From Candidatus Multivoradales bacterium (GTDB taxonomy: Bacteria; Acidobacteriota; Thermoanaerobaculia; Multivoradales; J023): a DNA stretch of 64,000 nucleotides. A model generated the notes under the pieces. It worked only from the letters and a program-made list of their open reading frames with translations, ran no database searches and had not been told where the DNA came from. The stretch covers positions 1,056,001 to 1,120,000 of the forward strand of contig CBDFLE010000006.1 in the NCBI GenBank assembly GCA_965248925.1, given 5' to 3'. Position 1 is the stretch's first letter. The number at the start of each line of letters is the position of its first letter. Below are positions 57,680-64,000 of this stretch, piece by piece. The position numbers and the translations under genes are program-made.

Positions 57680-58644
57680 TCCTCCGGTTGGCTCGCCGGC
57701 TACTCGCCAGCGCCTTGCTGCTGCTGCTCATCTCGGCCCTGAGCTTCCTCCTTGCCGAGCTGGCGCCGGGCGACTTTCTCGCCGAGATGCGCTTCCACCC
57801 AGGAGTCTCCGCGGAGACCCTCGAACATCTGCGCCAACTCCACGGCATCGACCGGCCGCTCAGCGAGCGCTATGTGGGCTGGCTGATGGCGATCGGGCGG
57901 GGTGAACTTGGCCATTCCTTTGCCCACAATCTGCCGGTCGTCGAACTCCTCGCTCCACGGGCTCGCAATACTCTGATCTTGACCATCACCGCGACCTGCG
58001 GGCTGTGGTTGCTGGCACTGACCCTGGCCAGCGCCGCCGCTCGCCACCCGCGAGGCGCTGTCGATCGCTGGGCCACCGCTGGCTGCGCGCTGCTCCTGGC
58101 CCTACCCCGACCGCTGCTGGCACTCGCCGCCTTGCTGCTGGCGGCTCGGGTCAGTTGGTTGCCGAGTAGCGGCATGCGCTCGCTGCCGCTGGTCGAGACC
58201 GGCAACTGGCACCCGCTACTGGACGGTGCTCGCCACCTGCTTCTACCTGCCGCGACTCTGATCCTGGCCGGCTTGCCAACCCTTTACCGGCACCTGCGTG
58301 GGGCACTCAGCGAGGCGTTCGGCGAACCCCATGTGGCCGCCGCCCGAGGCCATGGCATCGGGCGGCGAAGGTTGTTCTGGCGCTATGTGCTACCGAGTGC
58401 CGCCGGCCGCCTGACGAGCCTGCTTGGACTTTCTATCGGCGGCTTGCTATCGGGCTCGCTGGTCGTCGAGGTGGTGCTTGGCTGGCCTGGCTTGGGGCCA
58501 TTGATGCTCGACGCAGTGCTGGCCCGCGACATCTACCTAGTGGTCGCCGGCACCCTCATGTCAGCCACTCTGCTGATTGCCGGCAACCTACTCGCCGACG
58601 GCCTGCTGCTGGTTATCGACCCTCGGCTGCGGGAGCACGAGTGA
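57676..58644 (+). CDS. Peptide ABC transporter permease (DppB/OppB-like)
   Basis: ATGA overlap; LAPGDF, GELGHSF, AARGHG, GSLVVEVVLGWPGLG..L.DAV..RD. Confidence 0.93.
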   Translation: MILRLARRLLASALLLLLISALSFLLAELAPGDFLAEMRFHPGVSAETLEHLRQLHGIDRPLSERYVGWLMAIGRGELGHSFAHNLPVVELLAPRARNTLILTITATCGLWLLALTLASAAARHPRGAVDRWATAGCALLLALPRPLLALAALLLAARVSWLPSSGMRSLPLVETGNWHPLLDGARHLLLPAATLILAGLPTLYRHLRGALSEAFGEPHVAAARGHGIGRRRLFWRYVLPSAAGRLTSLLGLSIGGLLSGSLVVEVVLGWPGLGPLMLDAVLARDIYLVVAGTLMSATLLIAGNLLADGLLLVIDPRLREHE

Positions 58645-59480
58645 TGGCCAAGACTCGGCGTCTGGCGCTTGGCTTGCTGGTGTTGCATCTGTTGGTTCTC
58701 GGCGCCACCTGGACCGCCCCTCACTCGCCAGAAGCCCAGGATCGCCAGCATCCCTTGGCGCCACCCTCCTTGAACCACCCCTTGGGCACTGACGAGTTCG
58801 GCCGTGACCAGCTTTCCCGCCTGATCTGGGGCGGTCAGATTTCACTCTTCGCAGCCTTGCTCGCGGCCTTGCTCTCGCTGGTCTGCGGCCTGACCGTAGG
58901 GGCGTTGGCAGGCTTCTACGGCGGCCGGGTCGACGCCTTGCTAATGCGCCTGACCGAACTCTTCCTGTCCCTGCCGTGGCTCTATTTGCTGCTGGCGGTA
59001 CGGGCCTTTCTTCCCCTCGACTTGGCGCCGGCAACAGTGTTCGCCCTCTTGATTGGAGTGATCGGTCTGCTGGGATGGCCGCGCACTGCTCGGCTAGTCC
59101 GAGGGGTCACCGTGGGCCTGCGTCATCGACCTTATGTCGCAGCCGCGCGCGGTTTCGGCGCCGCGGACTTCTACTTGCTGCGCCATCATCTGCTACCGCT
59201 GGTGCGGCCGGTGCTGCTGACCCAGCTCACCGTCTTGGTGCCGCGCTATGTCGTGGCGGAGGTCAGCTTGTCTTTACTCGGCCTGGGAGTAGCTGAGCCA
59301 GCCCCGAGTTGGGGCGGCTTGCTGGCCATGCTGCGCCGCTACGAGGTTTCCCTCTGTTGGTGGATGTGGTTGCCAGCTGCCAGCTTGGCGGCAGTCGTTT
59401 GGGGCTATCACCGGCTGGCCGATGACTTTGAGCGACAAACCGCCGTTCTATCGGATCAGCAGATCACTAACGACGAGTAG
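58641..59480 (+). CDS. Peptide ABC transporter permease (DppC/OppC-like)
   Basis: HPLGTDEFGRDQLSRL, WPRTARLVRG, AEVSLSLLGLG, PSWG. Confidence 0.93.
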   Translation: MMAKTRRLALGLLVLHLLVLGATWTAPHSPEAQDRQHPLAPPSLNHPLGTDEFGRDQLSRLIWGGQISLFAALLAALLSLVCGLTVGALAGFYGGRVDALLMRLTELFLSLPWLYLLLAVRAFLPLDLAPATVFALLIGVIGLLGWPRTARLVRGVTVGLRHRPYVAAARGFGAADFYLLRHHLLPLVRPVLLTQLTVLVPRYVVAEVSLSLLGLGVAEPAPSWGGLLAMLRRYEVSLCWWMWLPAASLAAVVWGYHRLADDFERQTAVLSDQQITNDE

Positions 59481-59482
59481 AC

Positions 59483-61456
59483 TTGCTGAGCTATCATTCA
59501 CCAGAGGTCCATCTCAAATGCTGCGATCTCAAACGCTGCGATCTCAAACACCGTGAAATCAAACACCGCGATCCGGCACCCGACCCCGGCAACCCTCTGA
59601 TGCAATGGTCACCCAGCCAGCCGGCCGCCCCCGGTCTCGAGCCGCGCAACACCCTGCCGCTGTGCTGTTGGCTGCCGCTGTGCGGCTGGCTGCTGCTCTC
59701 CTGTTCTCTGTGGTTCAGCCCTCAACCGCTAGCGGCCGAACTCCCCCTTTCAGCCAGCGCGGCTGGCGTGCAAGGAGCAGACACCGCCGCCGAACTACTG
59801 CGAGTCGAGATTCCAAGCGGCCAACCCGGCGGCCTGCTACGGGCTGTGTTGCGGGCCGAACCCAAGACTTTCAATCCGGTGATCAGTGCCGACGGTCCTT
59901 CACTGGCCATCGCCGGCCTAACCATGGCCAACTTGATTCGGATTGACCGCCACAGCTTGCACACGGTGCCCGCATTGGCTCACCGCTGCACCCCTTCAGA
60001 GGATGGCCGGCGGCTGCGCCTGGACTTGCGTCGCGGGCTGCGCTTCTCGGACGGACACCCGTTCGACGCCGACGATGTAGTGTTCTCTTTCGCGGTCTAC
60101 ACCGATGCCCAGGTCAGCTCGCCGAGTCGCGACTTGCTGAAAGTCGCTGGGCGACCGATCACCGCCCACCGCCTCGGTCCCTATGCGGTGGAGATCGAAC
60201 TGGCTGCGCCCTATGCGGTCGGCGAACGCCTCTTTGACGGTATTGCCATCCTGCCCCGCCACAAGCTAGAGCGGGCCTACCGTAAGGGACGGTTGCGCCA
60301 GGCTTGGTCCTTGGGCACGCCAGCTGAAGAGATCGTCGGCATGGGCCCCTTTCGCCTGCGCCGCCACGTCGCCGGCCAATATCTGGAATTGGAGCGCAAC
60401 CCGCACTACTGGAAGGTGGATTCCGCAGGCCAGCGGCTGCCCTACCTGGAGCGGCTGATCTTTGCCTTCGTCCCTGACCAGAGTGCCGAAGCGATTCGCT
60501 TGCAGAGCGGCGAGGCTGACTTGGTGGAACGGCTCGCCGCCGACAATTTCGAGCGTCTCCGGCAGGCGCAGAGCAAGGGTGATTTCCGAGTCCAGGATCT
60601 CGGCGCGGGGCTGCAGATCGAGTTTCTGTTTTTCAATCTCAACCCGTTATCCGCCAGTGCTTCGGCAGCCCGCCGCCACCGTCAGCGCTGGTTTCGCTCC
60701 GCTGCTTTTCGCCGCGCGATCTCGGCCGCTATCGATCGGCAAGCGATCATCCGGCTGGTCTGGCGCGACCGCGCGCAGCCCCTGCGGTCGCCGGTTAGCC
60801 CCGGCAACCGCGCCTGGTATGACAGCCGCTTACCACCGAAGGCAAGATCGCTCGCCCGCGCCCGTAGCGAACTGCTCAGCGCCGGATTCCACTGGAACGA
60901 CCGCGGCGACCTGCTCGATTCGCAGCAGCATTTGGTCGAGTTATCCTTGATTACCAGCGCTTCCAACAGTCAACGACGAGGCGCGGCAACGTTGATTCAG
61001 GAAGACCTACGCCAGCTCGGCATCCGCCTGCGGGTGACCTCGCTCGAATTCCGCGCCCTGGTCGACCGGGTGACGGCAAGCTTTGACTATGACACTTGTC
61101 TGCTCGGCCTCGGCGGTACGGATACCGACCCAAATCCGATGATCGCCTTGCTGCATTCGCAGGGTGCCACTCACTTCTGGCAACTTGGCGGTGGCGGGAT
61201 CGAGCCCTGGCAAAAGATGATCGACCAGTTGCTCGAGGACCAGCTGATCAACCTCGATCCGCTAGCCCGCAAGCGCCAGTTCGACCAAGTGCAGCAGCTG
61301 GTCGTCGAGCACCAGCCGTTCGTTCCGCTATTGAGTCCCAACGTGTTGGTCGGCGCCCACCGCCGCCTCGGTGGCTTTCGCCCCGCCATCTTGGCACCGC
61401 ATACTCTGTGGAACGCCGACCAGCTCTACTGGCTCAGCCCACCGAGCAAACACTAA
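59483..61456 (+). CDS. Peptide ABC transporter substrate-binding protein (family 5); true start probably near 59600
   Basis: EPKTFNP, LRRGLRFSDGHPFDADDVVFS, GMGPF, LERNPHYWK, FRRAISAAIDR. Confidence 0.93.
   Translation: MLSYHSPEVHLKCCDLKRCDLKHREIKHRDPAPDPGNPLMQWSPSQPAAPGLEPRNTLPLCCWLPLCGWLLLSCSLWFSPQPLAAELPLSASAAGVQGADTAAELLRVEIPSGQPGGLLRAVLRAEPKTFNPVISADGPSLAIAGLTMANLIRIDRHSLHTVPALAHRCTPSEDGRRLRLDLRRGLRFSDGHPFDADDVVFSFAVYTDAQVSSPSRDLLKVAGRPITAHRLGPYAVEIELAAPYAVGERLFDGIAILPRHKLERAYRKGRLRQAWSLGTPAEEIVGMGPFRLRRHVAGQYLELERNPHYWKVDSAGQRLPYLERLIFAFVPDQSAEAIRLQSGEADLVERLAADNFERLRQAQSKGDFRVQDLGAGLQIEFLFFNLNPLSASASAARRHRQRWFRSAAFRRAISAAIDRQAIIRLVWRDRAQPLRSPVSPGNRAWYDSRLPPKARSLARARSELLSAGFHWNDRGDLLDSQQHLVELSLITSASNSQRRGAATLIQEDLRQLGIRLRVTSLEFRALVDRVTASFDYDTCLLGLGGTDTDPNPMIALLHSQGATHFWQLGGGGIEPWQKMIDQLLEDQLINLDPLARKRQFDQVQQLVVEHQPFVPLLSPNVLVGAHRRLGGFRPAILAPHTLWNADQLYWLSPPSKH
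59510..59572. repeat. Short degenerate 15-bp tandem repeat (about 4 units)
   Basis: CATCTCAAATGCTGC GATCTCAAACGCTGC GATCTCAAACACCGT GAAATCAAACACCGC. Confidence 0.7.
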
Positions 61457-61483
61457 ACCGAGCGAACGCCAAACCGAGCGACG

Positions 61484-62068
61484 ATGACCGCGAGATTGAG
61501 CCCACAGCCGAGCTGGGAAGACCCCAAGCTAGTCGCCGCTTGCCTGGCAGGCGACGAGCGCGCCTGGCGAGCGTTGGTCGACAAGTATAAGAACCTGCTC
61601 TTCGCCATCCTGCTCAAACGCGGCCACGATCGCGAGCAAGCTGCCGACATTTTCCAGACGGTCTGGCTCGATGCCTACAACGACTTGCCCAAGCTGCGCC
61701 AGGGTGGCGCCCTCAAAACCTGGCTGATCTCATTGGCCCACCACAAGAGCTACCATGCGACGCGTCACAAGCGGCGCTTGGAGAGCCGCGAGCAAGGAAC
61801 CGATGAAGAACTGGACGTGGCCGACCAAGGCCCCGACGCCGGCACCTTCATGATCGAGTTGGAACGGCACCAGCAAGTCCGGCAAGCCGTCGTCGGGCTG
61901 CCAGACCGATGTCGAGAACTGATCCGCATGCTGTTCTTCCGCTCTCCGGCCCTGCCCTACCGGCAAGTCGCCGAGCGCTTGGGGCTGGCGACTGGCTCGA
62001 TCGGCTTCATTCGCGGTCGCTGCCTGAAGAGGCTGCAACGAAGTCTCGAGCAAAGCGGGCTCGGGTGA
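61484..62068 (+). CDS. ECF RNA polymerase sigma factor
   Basis: LVAACLAGDERAWRALVDKY, AADIFQTVW, LPDRCRELI..LF, GSIGFIRGRCL. Confidence 0.93.
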   Translation: MTARLSPQPSWEDPKLVAACLAGDERAWRALVDKYKNLLFAILLKRGHDREQAADIFQTVWLDAYNDLPKLRQGGALKTWLISLAHHKSYHATRHKRRLESREQGTDEELDVADQGPDAGTFMIELERHQQVRQAVVGLPDRCRELIRMLFFRSPALPYRQVAERLGLATGSIGFIRGRCLKRLQRSLEQSGLG

Positions 62069-64000
62069 TTCGCCCAGCCACTGCAGAAGAACTCGCCCGA
62101 CGCCTCGCCAAGCTCGACGAGGCTGGACGCCAGCGGCTCGTGGCGCGCCATCCCGAGCTTAGGTGCCGGGCTCGAGTGCGGGAGTTGTGCAAGGCCAGTG
62201 CCGCCAATGCCGGCGCCGACCTGGAGCAGATGGACCGCCTGGCCGGCGCCGCGCAGTGGCTGGCGGGAGTTTTGAAAGAACCTCTGCCGCAGGCGCTGGC
62301 GTTGCGCGCCCGCGCCAACACCGCCCATTTCCAGGGCGAACTAGAGCAAGCCCAAGATCAGTATGGCGAAGCCCTGGCACTGCTCGAAGACGCCGGTGAG
62401 CAGCAGGAAGCCGCCATCACACGCTCCAGCGCCTTGCTCAATCTGGCCTATTTAGGCGACTACGACGGCGCCCGGCGGTGGTACGAGGCAGCGCGATGCG
62501 CGTTTGAAGAGCTTGGCGATCGGCAGCGGCTGGCAGTGCTCGAACACAACCTGGCGAACGTCCTCTACCGCCGCGACAGCTGGAGCGAGGCGCTCGATCT
62601 CTACCGTCACGCCCAGAGCGAGCTGGAACAGTTAGATCGACCTCTCGAGGCCGCGATCTGCTTGCGCAATGTGGCCGTCTGCCTGATCAGCCTGCACCGT
62701 TTCGACCAGGCTCTAGAGGCTTATCGCCAAACCCGCGCCTACGCCAACGCTCACCAACTCGATCGCATCTGCCTGCAAGCCGACTACAACATCGCCTACC
62801 TGCACTACCTGCGCGGCGAGTACATGCAGGCTTTACGTTTGTTCCAAACCGTCCGTCGCGATTGCGCCGACCAAGGAGATCTCTACCACCAGGCGTTGTG
62901 CGATCTGGATCTTGCCGAGATGTACCTCGAACTGAACCTGGTCGACGAGGCCGCCGAACTCGCCACCAACGCCCGGCAGAGTTTCACTGTCCAGCAGCTC
63001 ACCTACGAAGCAGCCAAAGCCGAGACCTTCCTGGCGTTGGCGCGCAGTCGGCTGGGTGACACTCAGACGGCGCTCGACGGGTTGGTCAGCGCCCGGCTCG
63101 CGTTCAGCGCCGAAGCCAACTTGCTGTGGCCGGCGCTGATCGATCTCTACCGCGCGGTGGTGCATTACCGACGCGGTGAACTCAGCGCCGCGCGGCCCTT
63201 GGCGAAGCAAGCCCGTAGCGCCTTCGCCGATCCGGCCACGGCGCCCAAAGCAGCCCTCTCTGCTCTGGTGCTGGCGGAGATCGAGTTGGCCAGCGGCCAG
63301 GCGGCCGCGGCCCGCCAAAGCACCGAGGACGCTCTGCGCCAACTCGCCGGCCACGACCTGCCGGTACTCGAGCATCAGGCCTACCGAACTCTCGGGGAGA
63401 TCGAAGAGATCGCCGCCGAATACCCTCGCGCCATCGCCGCCTACCAGCGCTCTCTGGAGCTTCTCGAGCGACTCCAGAGTCAGCTCCACGGCGAGCACCT
63501 AAAGATCCCCTTTCTTAGCGATAAGCACGCCGTCTACGGCAATCTAGTGCGCTTGATCGCCCACGACCGCAAACGCGTCGGCCGCGGGCGGCAAGTGTTG
63601 AAGATCATCGAGCAGGCCAAGTCACGGGCCTTGACCGATCTCCTGTGGTTTCGCAGTCACGACTTACCCTCGACCTCAGCGGCGGGCGATAAGCTAGTTG
63701 TCAGTCTCGCCAATCGGCGGGCCGAGCTGAGCACGATCTACCACCACCTCGACCGCCTGCAGCTGGCCAGCGGCGCTCCCGCTTTGGACCAACTACGCCA
63801 GCTGTGCGATCAGGCGCGGCGCTGCGAGAGTGCCTTGGTCGACCAGCAACGCCAACTCCTGGCCATCGACCAAGACCTCGGCTCCTTGCAGCCAGGGGCG
63901 CCGATCGACCTCGAAGCGATCGCTGGAGCCCTCGGCGACGATCAGCTGCTAGTCGAGTACTTCATCGCTCGCGACACTCTGCTGGCCGCGGTGGTCGATC
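62065..64000 (+). CDS. TPR-repeat protein, probably CHAT (caspase-like) domain-containing; 3'-partial, absent from the ORF track
   Basis: GTGA overlap with the sigma stop; many TPRs; IEQAKSRALTDLL and LVEYF motifs, which typically precede a CHAT domain. Confidence 0.85.
   Translation, partial: MIRPATAEELARRLAKLDEAGRQRLVARHPELRCRARVRELCKASAANAGADLEQMDRLAGAAQWLAGVLKEPLPQALALRARANTAHFQGELEQAQDQYGEALALLEDAGEQQEAAITRSSALLNLAYLGDYDGARRWYEAARCAFEELGDRQRLAVLEHNLANVLYRRDSWSEALDLYRHAQSELEQLDRPLEAAICLRNVAVCLISLHRFDQALEAYRQTRAYANAHQLDRICLQADYNIAYLHYLRGEYMQALRLFQTVRRDCADQGDLYHQALCDLDLAEMYLELNLVDEAAELATNARQSFTVQQLTYEAAKAETFLALARSRLGDTQTALDGLVSARLAFSAEANLLWPALIDLYRAVVHYRRGELSAARPLAKQARSAFADPATAPKAALSALVLAEIELASGQAAAARQSTEDALRQLAGHDLPVLEHQAYRTLGEIEEIAAEYPRAIAAYQRSLELLERLQSQLHGEHLKIPFLSDKHAVYGNLVRLIAHDRKRVGRGRQVLKIIEQAKSRALTDLLWFRSHDLPSTSAAGDKLVVSLANRRAELSTIYHHLDRLQLASGAPALDQLRQLCDQARRCESALVDQQRQLLAIDQDLGSLQPGAPIDLEAIAGALGDDQLLVEYFIARDTLLAAVVD

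Overview
High-GC bacterial chromosome segment, probably Acidobacteriota (Thermoanaerobaculia-like; inferred from Rhs style, a C-terminal FxDGFESG motif and the ECF/CHAT/ABC cluster). Housekeeping genes: pyrF, rfbF, an M16 peptidase pair, htpG, large NAD-glutamate dehydrogenase and valS. Accessory region 1 (1-4.6 kb) is an Rhs toxin locus: an HExxH-type toxin tip split by an intact IS701-family element, then an orphan Rhs tip with an immunity gene. Accessory region 2 (27.5-35.3 kb) is a diverged direct duplication of an arsC-like gene plus the 3' end of gdh. Both arsC copies read as selenoproteins (in-frame TGA plus SECIS, missed by the ORF track). One copy of the block carries a hipBA cassette bounded by palindromic boxes and the other is empty. 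Between them lie Rhs and transposase remnants and arrays of a 25-bp palindromic repeat. Candidate signalling modules: a sigma-54 activator / Ser-Thr kinase-TPR / Cys-rich lipoprotein trio with a consensus sigma-54 promoter, and a peptide ABC transporter-ECF sigma-TPR/CHAT operon. No rRNA, tRNA or CRISPR array was recognised. All calls come from motif reading by eye; no database search was run.
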